Source of the DNA: Fibrobacteria bacterium
GTDB lineage: Bacteria; Fibrobacterota; Fibrobacteria; UBA11236; JADFYW01
Direction of reading: 5' to 3'
Length of the DNA: 64,000 bases
Assembly (NCBI GenBank): GCA_965261055.1
Contig: OZ253440.1
Coordinates: forward strand, 625,564-689,563
The notes under the pieces were generated by a model that searched no databases, had not been told where the DNA came from, and worked only from the letters and a program-made list of their open reading frames with translations. This document shows, piece by piece, positions 39,661-51,115 of the stretch. A program made the position numbers and the translations under genes. How positions within the stretch are numbered: the first letter of the stretch is position 1; each line of letters opens with the position of its first letter.

Positions 39661-41517
39661 ATGCAATATTTGGTTTTGTATACTTCCCGTTATTTAGCCT
39701 TTATTCTCATTATTTGCTATTTTTCGAGTTGCACAAGCCGTTACCGTACTTATTTTAATACGTATTATAATGCTAATAAGTTCTTCAATAAGGCTTTGTC
39801 TAAAAAGAAATCTCGTTTAAAGCAGAACCCTTTAGACTTAGTTAAAGTAACGGCAAACGAAAAAGAACTTTTCGAGAAAGCTGTTCAAAAATCTTCTAAA
39901 GTCCTCAAGCTTTATTCTAAAAATGATCAAACTTATATTTCAAAATCTTTAATAATTTTAATTGAATCTAGCTATCATTTAAATAATTGTGAAAAGGTTA
40001 TTCAACATTATCAAAAATTAAACCAATTCTTTCCTAACCAAAAAAATCAAGAATTAAGTCAATTATATTATTTAGAATGTTCCTTATTAGAAAATTCAAA
40101 TATCTTAAACAAAGATAGATTCCTAGCTAAGGCTAAAGAAATTAAAAACCAAAAATTAAAAATTTCCATTCTTCAAAAAATAGCTCACCTTGAAGAAAAA
40201 GAAAAAGAATTTAAAAAATCCATTCAAATTTATCAACGAATATACTCAAATAAATCAGCAACCCCCATCCAAAAAAATTTATTCTTACTAAAGCAAGCAC
40301 ACCTATATACTCATTTAAATTATTGGAAACAAACTTCTAACATCTTAAAATCAATCAATACAAAATTATTAAATCCTGATAAAAAATTTGAATTCTACAA
40401 ACTTCATCTTCATTCTATAAAAGAAATACAGTCTCAAAAAGAAGCTATCAAAAATTTACAACAAACAATTAAAAAGAAACTATTTAAAAACAAAGAAGAC
40501 GAACTTCTATTTTTACTTTCAAACTGGCTTGTAGATATTAATCAAATCAGTTCAGCCTACCAACAATGGATCAAAATCGTTAACTTAAATTTAAATAACC
40601 AAAATGAATGGAAAGCAAAATCTTTATACAAACTTATCCAGTATTACTATTACCACGAAAACAATGAATCTAAAAGAAGTAAAATCCTACAACAATGTCG
40701 CATATCTAAACAAAAATTTAAAGTTTTAAAACGGTGTTTAGAATTTTCAAAAATTGTACGTATGATTACTAGGTTACATAAAAACAATTTAACGATTAGT
40801 GACTCTATTCAAAATGAAAATAATTTTTCTATTTCTGAAACATTTTTATTCGACCTTAATCAAATTGATAGCTCAATAATCTATCTGAATAAATTAATTT
40901 CTAAACCGATATCTACAAATCTAAGAGACAAAGCTTTATTTAACCTAGCTAATATTTATGAAAATTTTAAAAAAAATATTCCTCAAAGTAAAAAAATTTA
41001 CCTACAACTTTTAAAAGAGTATCCAAATAGTGCTTATGCTCCTGCCTCTCAACGAAAGGCTGATAATAGAATTAATAACCCTAACCGTGAACAAAAAGCA
41101 AAGATCTTATATCGAAAATCCGAATTAGAACCCAAAAAAGCGATTACTATTTTAGAAAAACTTCTAAAACTTTACCCTACAACAACCATTGCAGTACAAG
41201 CAGAATTCAAACTCTCTTACCTTTACGAAAAAAAATACTCCGAAACTCGGAATAAAAAATATCTCTACTTAGCTAGAAAAAAATTTCACAAAATAGCTTA
41301 TTCCAAAACTCACCCCTATGATTCTATTGCTAAAGAAAAAATCTCTGTATTAAATTTGTCTAAAAAGGATTCTGTCTTTTCAAAAACGGAACTTCAAAAT
41401 CCTAATGTCAGTGAATTTTTCCGTAATATCTATAATAACAGTGAATATTACGAAAAAGACTACAAACAACCCCTACAAGAAGAGGAAGAAGAGGAAATAG
41501 AACCTAATTTTCAATAA
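39661..41517 (+). CDS. TPR-repeat lipoprotein (probable), acidic C-terminus
   Basis: 618 aa. The N-terminal hydrophobic segment ends in a Cys (LIICYFSSC), a lipobox-like feature. The remainder is low-complexity helical-repeat sequence with a TPR-like periodicity. It ends QEEEEEEIEPNFQ. Confidence 0.5.
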   Translation: MQYLVLYTSRYLAFILIICYFSSCTSRYRTYFNTYYNANKFFNKALSKKKSRLKQNPLDLVKVTANEKELFEKAVQKSSKVLKLYSKNDQTYISKSLIILIESSYHLNNCEKVIQHYQKLNQFFPNQKNQELSQLYYLECSLLENSNILNKDRFLAKAKEIKNQKLKISILQKIAHLEEKEKEFKKSIQIYQRIYSNKSATPIQKNLFLLKQAHLYTHLNYWKQTSNILKSINTKLLNPDKKFEFYKLHLHSIKEIQSQKEAIKNLQQTIKKKLFKNKEDELLFLLSNWLVDINQISSAYQQWIKIVNLNLNNQNEWKAKSLYKLIQYYYYHENNESKRSKILQQCRISKQKFKVLKRCLEFSKIVRMITRLHKNNLTISDSIQNENNFSISETFLFDLNQIDSSIIYLNKLISKPISTNLRDKALFNLANIYENFKKNIPQSKKIYLQLLKEYPNSAYAPASQRKADNRINNPNREQKAKILYRKSELEPKKAITILEKLLKLYPTTTIAVQAEFKLSYLYEKKYSETRNKKYLYLARKKFHKIAYSKTHPYDSIAKEKISVLNLSKKDSVFSKTELQNPNVSEFFRNIYNNSEYYEKDYKQPLQEEEEEEIEPNFQ

Positions 41518-41536
41518 TTTTTACTTTTTAGAAAAA

Positions 41537-42577
41537 TTAAGGAGCTGGATTTGATATTTTTTGATGGACTGAATCAATCTCTTCTAATATAGCTGGACTT
41601 AAATCAATATTTATACTTTCAATATTTTCTTGCAATTGAACTAAATTAGTCGCTCCAACTAAATTACTGATACAAAAAGGCTGTTGATTAATAAAAGCTA
41701 AGGCCATTTGAGAAGGTACTAAGTTATACTTTTGAGAAATTTTAATATATTCATTTGTAGCGGACATAGATTGATTAGAATTATAACGTAAAAAATGGTT
41801 CTTAAATATCTCTAAACGGGAACCTCTAGGCTTTTGCCCTTTTAAATATTTCCCCGAAAGAACACCAAATGCCAAAGGAGAATAGGCCAAAAGTCCAATA
41901 TTCTCATTATAGCTAAATTCAGCTAAAGCTATTTCATAAACACGATTTAACAAATTATAAGGATTTTGAATAGAAACAGGCAAAGAAAAACCATTCTCTC
42001 TAGCTATATTAATGTATTGCATTACACCCCAAGGTGTCTCATTAGACAAACCATAACATCTAATTTTACCCAACTTTTGAAATTCATTTAATACAGTTAA
42101 AGTTTCCAAAAACGGAATCGAATCAACCTCCTTTATAGGCACTACAAAATTCATTTTTCCAAAATTATTTACAGGGCGACTTGGCCAATGTATTTGATAT
42201 AAATCAATATAATCCGTTTTCAAACGCTTCAAACTATTCTCAAGAGCTTGAAATAGATTCTTACGATTAAGATTATTTTGACCTCTAATCCATCCACCAA
42301 GAAAAGGACCCGCAACTTTTGTTGCTAGAACAACCTTGTCCCTTTGATTCGTCTTCTCAAACCAATCACCAATAATACTTTCTGTTCTTGTGTAAGTTTC
42401 TTCTTTAGGAGGTACTGGATAAAGCTCAGCTGTATCCCAAAAGGAAACACCTCTTTCTAAAGAAAAGTCCATTTGTTCAAAAGCCTCAGAAGGAGTATTT
42501 TGCTCTCCCCAAGTCATCGTTCCTAAACCTATTTGACTAATTTTAATATTAGCCTTTTCTAACAAATTATACTTCAT
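41537..42577 (-). CDS. Aldo/keto reductase family oxidoreductase (Tas-like)
   Basis: 346 aa. AKR family features include the SNETPWG / active-site-region motifs, the LDLYQIHWP segment, and the (alpha/beta)8 pattern. Confidence 0.85.
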   Translation of the reverse strand: MKYNLLEKANIKISQIGLGTMTWGEQNTPSEAFEQMDFSLERGVSFWDTAELYPVPPKEETYTRTESIIGDWFEKTNQRDKVVLATKVAGPFLGGWIRGQNNLNRKNLFQALENSLKRLKTDYIDLYQIHWPSRPVNNFGKMNFVVPIKEVDSIPFLETLTVLNEFQKLGKIRCYGLSNETPWGVMQYINIARENGFSLPVSIQNPYNLLNRVYEIALAEFSYNENIGLLAYSPLAFGVLSGKYLKGQKPRGSRLEIFKNHFLRYNSNQSMSATNEYIKISQKYNLVPSQMALAFINQQPFCISNLVGATNLVQLQENIESINIDLSPAILEEIDSVHQKISNPAP

Positions 42578-42595
42578 CTCTTTAATAATCTAAAG

Positions 42596-44284
42596 TTAAT
42601 CAGTAACACAACCTTGAGAAGCAGATTGAACAGAACGAATATATTTTAATAAAATACCTTGCTTCACTTTATAATCTGGTTCAATCCATTGTTCACGACG
42701 CACATTTAATAATTCATCAGAAAGATCTACATCAATAATTCGTTTTTCAATATCAATCGAAATTGTATCACCATCCTTTATTAAGGCTATAGGACCACCA
42801 ACTTGAGCTTCTGGGGAGATGTGCCCAATAATAAAGCCATGTGATCCACCTGAAAAACGACCATCTGTAAGTAAAGCAACATCATTTCCTAAACCAGATC
42901 CCATAATTGCAGATGTTGGAGTTAACATCTCTGGCATTCCAGGACCACCTTTAGGACCTTCATAGCGTATTACAATAACATGCCCTTTTTTAATTTTACT
43001 TTCCTCCAAAGCCTCCAACATGCTTTCCTCACTATTAAAACAGATTGCAGATCCTTTAAAAAACAATCCTTCTTTTCCTGTGATTTTAGCAACAGAACCC
43101 TCTGGAGCTATATTTCCATATAATATTTGTAAATGCCCTGTCTTTTTAATTGGAGTATCAAGAGGCTGGATAATTTTTTGTCCTTCTTTTAAATCAGGCA
43201 ATCCTTCCAAATTTTCTTGTATCGTTTTTCCAGTAACAGTTAAGCAATCACCATGTATCAGTCCATGTTTCATTAGGTACTTCATTACCGCAGGAACACC
43301 TCCAACTTGATGCAAATCTTCCATCATATAGCACCCACTTGGCTTTAAATCGGCAATGAAAGGAACTTTGTTACTTATCGCTTGGAAGTCTTCTATTCTT
43401 AATTTTACTTCAGCCGCTTTTGCCATAGCCAACAGATGTAGAACTGCATTTGTGGAACCACCTAAAGCAACAATCATTACCATTGCATTTTCAAATGCTT
43501 TTATAGTCATAATTTGACGTGGAGTAATATTTTTTTCAAGTAAAAGACGAATCGTCATTCCCGCTTGTAAACATTCCGTAATTTTTTGAGGATCTTCTGC
43601 AGGTACAGAAGAACTATAAGGTAAGGACATTCCAAGTGCTTCAATAGCCGAGGCCATCGTATTAGCTGTATACATCCCTCCACAAGACCCTGCTCCTGGA
43701 CATGATTTTTCAATAATAGACTGCCTTTGCTCCTCAGTAATTGCAGAGGACAAATAACTTCCATAACTTTGAAAAGCAGATACAACATCTAATGGTTCAT
43801 TATCATCAGAGCAACCTGCTTTAATTGTTCCGCCATAAACCATTAAAGAAGGACGATTCACTCTTGCCATAGCCATAATAGACCCTGGCATATTTTTATC
43901 ACAACCTGGAATACAAATATTAGCATCATACCATTGTGCATTCATTACGATTTCAATAGAATCAGCAATAACATCACGAGAAGGTAATGAATAACTCATT
44001 CCATTTGTACCCATAGAGATTCCGTCACTAACTCCTATTGTATTAAAACGCATAGCAACTAAATCAGACTCTTCAACCCCTTGTTTAACTTTTTCAGACA
44101 GATCATTAAGATGCATATTACATGGATTTCCTTCGTACCACATACTCGCAATTCCGACCTGTGCTTTTTTCATATCTTGAGGAGTTAATCCTGTTGCAAA
44201 AAGCATAGCTTGGGATCCACCTTGAGATTTAGGTTGAGTAATACAAGAACTAAATTTATTGATAGAATTTTGATTGTTTTTCAT
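42596..44284 (-). CDS. ilvD: Dihydroxy-acid dehydratase
   Basis: 562 aa. The ILVD/EDD family is indicated by the Fe-S cluster motif CDKNMPG and the C-terminal SGGSHG region. Confidence 0.95.
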   Translation of the reverse strand: MKNNQNSINKFSSCITQPKSQGGSQAMLFATGLTPQDMKKAQVGIASMWYEGNPCNMHLNDLSEKVKQGVEESDLVAMRFNTIGVSDGISMGTNGMSYSLPSRDVIADSIEIVMNAQWYDANICIPGCDKNMPGSIMAMARVNRPSLMVYGGTIKAGCSDDNEPLDVVSAFQSYGSYLSSAITEEQRQSIIEKSCPGAGSCGGMYTANTMASAIEALGMSLPYSSSVPAEDPQKITECLQAGMTIRLLLEKNITPRQIMTIKAFENAMVMIVALGGSTNAVLHLLAMAKAAEVKLRIEDFQAISNKVPFIADLKPSGCYMMEDLHQVGGVPAVMKYLMKHGLIHGDCLTVTGKTIQENLEGLPDLKEGQKIIQPLDTPIKKTGHLQILYGNIAPEGSVAKITGKEGLFFKGSAICFNSEESMLEALEESKIKKGHVIVIRYEGPKGGPGMPEMLTPTSAIMGSGLGNDVALLTDGRFSGGSHGFIIGHISPEAQVGGPIALIKDGDTISIDIEKRIIDVDLSDELLNVRREQWIEPDYKVKQGILLKYIRSVQSASQGCVTD

Positions 44285-44355
44285 AGCACAGTAATGTACA
44301 AAAATATACTTTTGTTATATACAAAAAATCAACTGTCTCTAAGACTTTCACCCAT

Positions 44356-45441
44356 ATGCGATCTATTTTAAAAATCAACTCTAAAGCTCTTGAATATAAT
44401 TTTAATTCTATTCGAAAATATATTGGAAACAAATTAATCATGGTTGTTCTAAAGGCAAATGCTTATGGTTTAGGACTGAAACAACTCGCTCAATATTATC
44501 AAAAAATTGGAGCTCACCGTATCGGAATTGCAGAGGTTCAAGAAGCAGAAAACCTACAGAACTTAAACATTCCTATTCAAATTTTAGGAAGCCTAACCTT
44601 AGATGAAATAGAAAAAGCTGTTACATATAATTTAGTGCTTCCTATCACTGATTTAAAAATGGCTCAACAAATTTCTCAAGAAGCTAAAAAACAAAAGAAA
44701 ACAATCCGCGTTCACTTTTTAATTGATACGGGGATGGGTCAATTAGGAATTTATTATAAAAGTGCCGACAATATTATAAAACAATGTCTCTTATTAGATA
44801 ATTTAAAATTTGAAGGTATTTATACTCATTTTTCCAGTGCAAATGAATCCAATAACCCTAAAACACTCTTACAAATACAACGCTTTCAAAAAATCTTAAA
44901 CTCCATTCCTTTTCAATTTTATTTAGTTCATTCTGCAAACTCTGATGCTATAAATAACTTTAAAACTTCTTATGATAATATCGTCCGCATCGGTATAAAT
45001 CTTTATGGTGTTTATGACCAAAGCGTAAATCAAACCGTTCCTCTAAAACCCACATTGTCTTTAGAGTCCCAACTGATTGCAAAGCGAACCTTACCAAAAG
45101 GAGCCACAATTGGATACGGAGAAACCTATACTCTAAAAAAAGAAACCACTGTAGGAACAATTCCTTTGGGTTATGCCGATGGTATTCCCCTTGCTTCTAG
45201 TAATAAAGGTTTTGTTTTAATTGAAGGTTTTAAATGTTCTATTTTAGGTCAAGTATCTATGGACTACATTGTTGTAGATTTAACACCCAATTCCAATTTT
45301 AAAATAGGAACACTTGTTATCTTAATTGGAACTTCTAAAACACAAAAAATTTCTATCGAAGATTGGGTCAAAATCAAAAACACACACCCCTACGAAATCA
45401 TTTGTAGCTTAGGTGCTAGAATCAAAAGAATTTTTTATTAA
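44356..45441 (+). CDS. alr: Alanine racemase
   Basis: 361 aa with the PLP-Lys motif VLKANAYGLG, and an Alr C-terminal beta domain. Confidence 0.85.
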   Translation: MRSILKINSKALEYNFNSIRKYIGNKLIMVVLKANAYGLGLKQLAQYYQKIGAHRIGIAEVQEAENLQNLNIPIQILGSLTLDEIEKAVTYNLVLPITDLKMAQQISQEAKKQKKTIRVHFLIDTGMGQLGIYYKSADNIIKQCLLLDNLKFEGIYTHFSSANESNNPKTLLQIQRFQKILNSIPFQFYLVHSANSDAINNFKTSYDNIVRIGINLYGVYDQSVNQTVPLKPTLSLESQLIAKRTLPKGATIGYGETYTLKKETTVGTIPLGYADGIPLASSNKGFVLIEGFKCSILGQVSMDYIVVDLTPNSNFKIGTLVILIGTSKTQKISIEDWVKIKNTHPYEIICSLGARIKRIFY

Positions 45442-47237
45442 AAAGCTTGGGAAGCATCTAAAATAAAACGACTTTGGCTAAAGTCTAAACCTGAAAGATC
45501 AGATTCAACAGCATAATCTAATCTTAAATGAAAAATGAAAAATGGTATTCTAAGTCCTATTCCAACATCAGTAGCGTTAACTCTTTTGGAAAATAAAGCA
45601 ACCTCCCAAATACTAGCAATATCCACAAATGAAACAAGCTGGAGATTCCTTATAACTTTAGGAAAATTTTTAAATCTGTAAAATACTTTAACTCGAGGCT
45701 CTAAAGACCACAACCCATAAGCCGCTTGAATATTATCAAAACAAAATCCAGTAGACTTTTCAATACTAGGGCAAATTCTCTGAGTTTCACTACTTCGTAT
45801 ACTATTATTTCCTCCTAGAAAGAATCTCCTTGAATTATCTTCTCCATTCTGAAAAAACAGTCCACCATCTAGTCGTGTTGCTAAAACAATCCAAGATGAG
45901 AAAGAAAAATAAAAAGAATTTTTGGTTTCTAACCAATTATGGCGACTCGATTCAATATTAATATTGTTTTTAGAATCAATTAGACTTCCTCCGTTTCCAT
46001 AAATGAGTGTTAAATTAGATCCTTTTGTTCGATTTCGAAAAACATTAGTATTAAATAAATTAAAAGAAAATAAAAAATTAGCGTTAAATACTGAATTATC
46101 TTGAGCTTCAATTCTTTGTTTAGCAACTAATTCTAAAGTTGAAGAAGTTCTGTAATTTTTTCTAGACAAAGCTAAAGTCGTTTTAAAATTTAAAATAAAA
46201 GGAGAGATTTGATTTATTCTATTCTGCCTCCAAACAACTAAAAAACGATTATTCCAAATGACTCTAGATCCTAAGAAAAGAGGGTCAGTAAAACTTAAAA
46301 AAGCCCTTTGAGTAAAGTGTGCAACGCGAGCACCTATATTACCTTGGTAAAATCTTTCAAAAAAATTGGTATAATCAATGCGTGATTTTATACCAGCCCC
46401 TTCTTCTGTATTCCAAAAAATACCTGTGGAAAATCTCCCTGGAATATGTTCCACTAAATGTAATGCAACAAATAGTTTTTGGTTAGGAAGTATAGAATCT
46501 TTAATATTAACTGAAACGAAATTTTTACTTGAACGCAACTTACTTGTAAAATCTTCATATGTATTTGATTTTATAACATCGCCTTTTTTAAGCCCAAATA
46601 AATTTCTAAGATAACTTTCACTCGTTTTCCCTTTTTTATTTTCTCCCTCCCTTTTCAAAGTGATCTTTAATGTATCAAAAATAAACAAAACTCCTAAGTC
46701 AACAATAAAATTGACTTCAACAACACCTAAACTATCTTCAGCTCTTATTTCTTTAGACATTTTCAAGTTTAAATAACCCTTAGATTTGTAAAAATTTTCA
46801 ATTGTTTTTAAATCTTCTATCAAGTCCTTTTCAATAAAAGGAGATTTTTTTTGAAGTTGTAGTTGATTGACATTTATTTTGTCCAAAACCAACCCACTAT
46901 CAGCACGACTGTATTTAATATTGATGTTATCTAGAAAATACCTCTTATTTTCTTGAACTTTAATTTGCACTTTATCGCTATTATGAGACACCGAAAATAC
47001 AACTTCAAAAAAACCCATTTTTCTGTATTCATAAACTAAATAATCTCTAAGAATAATTTGATTTTTTGGTTTTAGGAAATCAATTTCAGAGTTATCAAAA
47101 AAATCCTCAACCATATCCTCTATTTTGGAATCGGAATAAAAGATATTCCCTTCCGTTTTTATTATTAAAGAATAACTTAAAGAAGTAAAGTAAAATACCA
47201 TAAATAAAACTAAAAGATAACGACTCATAATCCCCAA
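45438..47237 (-). CDS. Omp85-family outer-membrane protein (TamA/BamA-like; POTRA + 16-strand barrel), C-terminal Phe
   Basis: 599 aa with a signal peptide and POTRA-like N-terminal region. It has a bacterial-surface-antigen barrel with the GIGLRIPFFIFHLRLDYAV motif and terminal ...DASQAF. It overlaps the upstream TamB-like gene by 13 nt. Confidence 0.65.
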   Translation of the reverse strand: MGIMSRYLLVLFMVFYFTSLSYSLIIKTEGNIFYSDSKIEDMVEDFFDNSEIDFLKPKNQIILRDYLVYEYRKMGFFEVVFSVSHNSDKVQIKVQENKRYFLDNINIKYSRADSGLVLDKINVNQLQLQKKSPFIEKDLIEDLKTIENFYKSKGYLNLKMSKEIRAEDSLGVVEVNFIVDLGVLFIFDTLKITLKREGENKKGKTSESYLRNLFGLKKGDVIKSNTYEDFTSKLRSSKNFVSVNIKDSILPNQKLFVALHLVEHIPGRFSTGIFWNTEEGAGIKSRIDYTNFFERFYQGNIGARVAHFTQRAFLSFTDPLFLGSRVIWNNRFLVVWRQNRINQISPFILNFKTTLALSRKNYRTSSTLELVAKQRIEAQDNSVFNANFLFSFNLFNTNVFRNRTKGSNLTLIYGNGGSLIDSKNNINIESSRHNWLETKNSFYFSFSSWIVLATRLDGGLFFQNGEDNSRRFFLGGNNSIRSSETQRICPSIEKSTGFCFDNIQAAYGLWSLEPRVKVFYRFKNFPKVIRNLQLVSFVDIASIWEVALFSKRVNATDVGIGLRIPFFIFHLRLDYAVESDLSGLDFSQSRFILDASQAF

Positions 47238-50200
47238 AAATCATAATAATATTCAACTCCAACTTCAAATTCAACTTCTTGATTTAATTCATTTAAATCA
47301 TTACCTTGAAAACTAGATAAACTCTTAACTTTGGAGTTAAACTGTATTTTTTTTCTATCTTCTCTACCATTAGTTTTATTAATCATCCGATTTAAAAATT
47401 TTGGACTATAAATTGCACTAACTTCACCATCCAAAGCAGAAATACTCTCAAAAAAGGGTGTCATTCTTCCTATAGCTTCTAAATAAAATCCCGCTTGAAA
47501 AAGATCAGGTGTTTTACAACCTAAAGAAAAAAAATCTAATTCCGAAATATCTCCATCTAAGTTATGGTTCGTCGTATCAGCATTAGAATTAATACCAACT
47601 AAAACATCTAAACCTGAAAATGAGCAATGTTGTATCGGTTTAAAAGCTTTTTTACTTAAATAATTTATTAAACGGTTTGATAAGTCTGTTTCTATAACAT
47701 CCCAAACCAAGGCCATAGAGTTTGATTGTTCTTGGAAACAACCATCGGTAATAGAACTTAACGCGGAAATTGAATTCACCTCTTGTTTTAAATCTTCTCC
47801 ACAATTTCCACTATAAGTAGGCTCTATCTGGTCAAAATCACCTTCAATCGTCCATGAAATATCACATGTTTCTATCTGCTTTACCTGACAATCAACAGCA
47901 ACACTCTTACTAGCAATTCCAAAAATATTTCCTTTTTCAAAAGCCTGCCTATCCCAATTTAATTCTAACTGATTTAACTCCAATTCTTTGTTTACAATAA
48001 ACAAACTACTTTCTCTACCAGTAACTCCTCCAGTTAAAATTGGTTTCGGATAAAACCCTTCTACAAGAAACTGACCATTAAATGCCGTCTTTAAAAGATC
48101 ACTTTTGAAATGATTGTTTCTTCCCTCTATTAAAATTTTTAGGTCAAGGATTAAACTCCCATTGAAAACATCAAAATTAGTTTCTTTTTTTTCACCAAAT
48201 TTTAAGTTATCTAAAACACCTGAAGAACTCTTATTCTTAACTAGAAATGTATTAATATTTTCAAATCTAATCGTACCCGAAATTTGCTTATCTTTCCTAA
48301 AATCACCATTATTAAATAAAGGAAAAAAGAAATGAATATTAAAATCTTTCACATCAGACTCTCCCAAAATATCATTGTGAGACCAATTAAGAACACCTTT
48401 AGAGCCTAGAAGATGAATAAAAAGATTATCTTCTTCAATCATTAATTCGCCTTGAAATTTATCTGAAAATATTATTTTATGATTCTGATTTATTTCATAA
48501 ACATCAAAATTTTCACCTTGGAATTCCAACTCTACACTATTTTGATTCCAATTGTAATAACCTAAACCAAATATTTTTTGATTTTGTTGATTCTGTATTT
48601 CAATAGCATCTAATACTAATTTTTCATCCAAACCCAAAAAACCTTTCACTTTAAGTCTACCAAGCTCTTTTTTAAAATAGGTGAAGTTAAAAGGCGTTTT
48701 ATTAATTTTAAAACTTAAATTACTATCAATCAAAATCTTAAGGCTGTCAGAAATAGAAATAGAATCTAAACTCCCTCCTAGAAAATAAGGTATCGCTCCT
48801 TTTCCATTAAAAAAACCATTAAAACTCCGGTTATTCTGTTGATTAGTCAATAACCCCTTAATACTTAATTCCATATTAGAGCCTAAAGAAAACAAAATGT
48901 CAGCATCATAACCTAATACATTTTCTTTTATTTTAGATTTTAAAGTAATCTTTTCAAAATTTAACACACCCAAAGAAAAATGACCCAAAATTTTTGTTAT
49001 GTCTTTTTCTTCTTTTATTGTTAACTCATCTAACACAAAAACACGATTTTTTTCTGGCTCCAAATTTCTTTTAATCCCTATGTTTCCTTTTATCCCTGTG
49101 TTTTTATCATAACTTATATTCCCATTAATGCGATAAGCAATAAATTGATTAGGAAAAAACGGAGTAAACCATTTCTTAATCTCAAATTGTTTAGACTTAA
49201 TTTCAACTGTCTGTAAATATTTCCAATCAAAAAGATGATACCATATGTTAAAATAATTAAGACGTACCACACTATCATTTAGCATCGTTATTCTAAAGTC
49301 TAGATAATCATGCTCTCTATAAAGCTTAAAACCAGTTTCTAAACTAGTGAGGTCCCATTTAGAGTTCATTTTAAAATTATATAAAAAGTCCTTTTTTAAA
49401 AACCTACCTGTTTGGAGAACAACACCTTTTTGCTCTTCAAAATTCCAAATAAACTCTTCAAACTTCAAACTACCTTGAAAAGAACTCACTAACTTTGAAA
49501 GAGGTAGCCTTTCTATTTTTTTAATTTCTCCATCTACTTCAAGTAGATTCCAATTAGGCATAGTTATATTAATTTTTCCATACAAAGGATGTGTAAATAG
49601 AAAATCTAAACCTTCTCTATCTTTCCAATAAATAGAGCCTGTAAAATCCCAAATGGTTTTCTGGTTTCCTGTAATTTTAATGTCAGAAAACACTAGAGAA
49701 TCTTCGTAAATTTGCAATTTTATTCCTACAGAATCAGATTGTACATCATAAAAAACAACATTTTTCACTTGAGCTACAATGGAAAGATGCTCATCTACCA
49801 ACTCAGCTTCTCCTATTAAAGTATCATAATAAAATTCACCTTCAGTCCATTCCCTTCCCCAAGATTCAGTTTCAGAAAATACTCCATCAAATTTTAATGA
49901 TATTTTTTTTCTCCAGTTTAAGTTTCCCTTGAACCAAGATTCATCCTCTGTAATAAAATTAAATTCTAAACCATCTTTTGTTAAAAAGCTATTCTTAATT
50001 TCAAAATTTAATGGTAATAAATCAGACTCCGTAATTAACCAATAAATATGGTTTGATTTAAAGTAAACATTTAACCTTATACTATCTAAATCATTTTGTA
50101 AACTTTTTAAATTCATCCATGGTTTTTTAGAGCCTTTTACAAAAAAATTAATCTTTTCTTGACTTTCTCCTTCTATATCTATAGCTAGTTTAGCTTTTTC

Positions 50201-51082
50201 TGGCCTAATTTTAAAATCAACATTGACTGTTAATGGCGTTAAATGAATACCTATTTTAGATTTTGAGGAACCATTATTAAGAATTTTTACTTTAGATACT
50301 AAATCTAAAAGCCATTGCCCATTCCACTTTAACAAAAACTCACTTTTTAAATTATTTACTAGCATTAAACCTAAATCAAACTTGCCTCCAGTTATTTCTC
50401 CAGTTATTTCCACTTTATCTTTCTCTAAAGATTTAATTTTAACAGCTAAGCTTGCTTGCTCACCCGCTATTGAACTATAATTGATGTTTAACTGATTATT
50501 ATTTAAACGATAAAAAACAAACTTAGACAAATCATAATTATTAAACTGACTAATCTTAATACTAATCGTATTTTTAGAAGGATTATTAAACTTAATATTT
50601 TTTATTTTTACTTGACTCTCATTATTTTCAGCATAATCAAGATAATCAATATTAGCACTTAACAAAATTGGAAAATTAAATGATTTAAATATCTCTAGAT
50701 ACTTGATTGGAGTTTCAGATTTTTTTTGCTCCTCTACACTTGCTGAATCTTTATCAATTATATTATTTATAAAAAGACTATCTACATCAATATTAAAAAG
50801 GTTGTTTTCTACTCCTATATACGAAAACAAATCTAAATTAATCTCAAAGTTTTTAATCTGGACAGACAGAGAATCTTTTTTAAACCTAAGTTCATTTACT
50901 TCAAAACCAAAAGGTACTTTCCAAGACAAATTTTGAGATGATATTTCAAATTCATTAAAATTAATTCCCAATTTTAATTTTGCATCTAAAACTTGCAAAA
51001 AAACAACACCCCCCATCAGGAGTACGGCAAAAATAAAACTTGCAAAGTAAAAAAATTTCTTCTTTTGAATTTTTACTTTCAC
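47225..51082 (-). CDS. TamB/AsmA-like translocation and assembly module protein (N-terminal membrane anchor, long beta-rich body, DUF490-like C-terminus)
   Basis: 1285 aa with an N-terminal TM helix (FYFASFIFAVLLMGGVVFLQVL). It is very large, Asn/Lys-rich and beta-rich, with a C-terminal ...EFEVGVEYYYDFWGL. It is adjacent to, and overlapping, the Omp85 gene. Confidence 0.55.
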   Translation of the reverse strand: MKVKIQKKKFFYFASFIFAVLLMGGVVFLQVLDAKLKLGINFNEFEISSQNLSWKVPFGFEVNELRFKKDSLSVQIKNFEINLDLFSYIGVENNLFNIDVDSLFINNIIDKDSASVEEQKKSETPIKYLEIFKSFNFPILLSANIDYLDYAENNESQVKIKNIKFNNPSKNTISIKISQFNNYDLSKFVFYRLNNNQLNINYSSIAGEQASLAVKIKSLEKDKVEITGEITGGKFDLGLMLVNNLKSEFLLKWNGQWLLDLVSKVKILNNGSSKSKIGIHLTPLTVNVDFKIRPEKAKLAIDIEGESQEKINFFVKGSKKPWMNLKSLQNDLDSIRLNVYFKSNHIYWLITESDLLPLNFEIKNSFLTKDGLEFNFITEDESWFKGNLNWRKKISLKFDGVFSETESWGREWTEGEFYYDTLIGEAELVDEHLSIVAQVKNVVFYDVQSDSVGIKLQIYEDSLVFSDIKITGNQKTIWDFTGSIYWKDREGLDFLFTHPLYGKINITMPNWNLLEVDGEIKKIERLPLSKLVSSFQGSLKFEEFIWNFEEQKGVVLQTGRFLKKDFLYNFKMNSKWDLTSLETGFKLYREHDYLDFRITMLNDSVVRLNYFNIWYHLFDWKYLQTVEIKSKQFEIKKWFTPFFPNQFIAYRINGNISYDKNTGIKGNIGIKRNLEPEKNRVFVLDELTIKEEKDITKILGHFSLGVLNFEKITLKSKIKENVLGYDADILFSLGSNMELSIKGLLTNQQNNRSFNGFFNGKGAIPYFLGGSLDSISISDSLKILIDSNLSFKINKTPFNFTYFKKELGRLKVKGFLGLDEKLVLDAIEIQNQQNQKIFGLGYYNWNQNSVELEFQGENFDVYEINQNHKIIFSDKFQGELMIEEDNLFIHLLGSKGVLNWSHNDILGESDVKDFNIHFFFPLFNNGDFRKDKQISGTIRFENINTFLVKNKSSSGVLDNLKFGEKKETNFDVFNGSLILDLKILIEGRNNHFKSDLLKTAFNGQFLVEGFYPKPILTGGVTGRESSLFIVNKELELNQLELNWDRQAFEKGNIFGIASKSVAVDCQVKQIETCDISWTIEGDFDQIEPTYSGNCGEDLKQEVNSISALSSITDGCFQEQSNSMALVWDVIETDLSNRLINYLSKKAFKPIQHCSFSGLDVLVGINSNADTTNHNLDGDISELDFFSLGCKTPDLFQAGFYLEAIGRMTPFFESISALDGEVSAIYSPKFLNRMINKTNGREDRKKIQFNSKVKSLSSFQGNDLNELNQEVEFEVGVEYYYDFWGL

Positions 51083-51115
51083 CTTAATTTATAACAAAAA
51101 ATTGAATTTCTAGAA

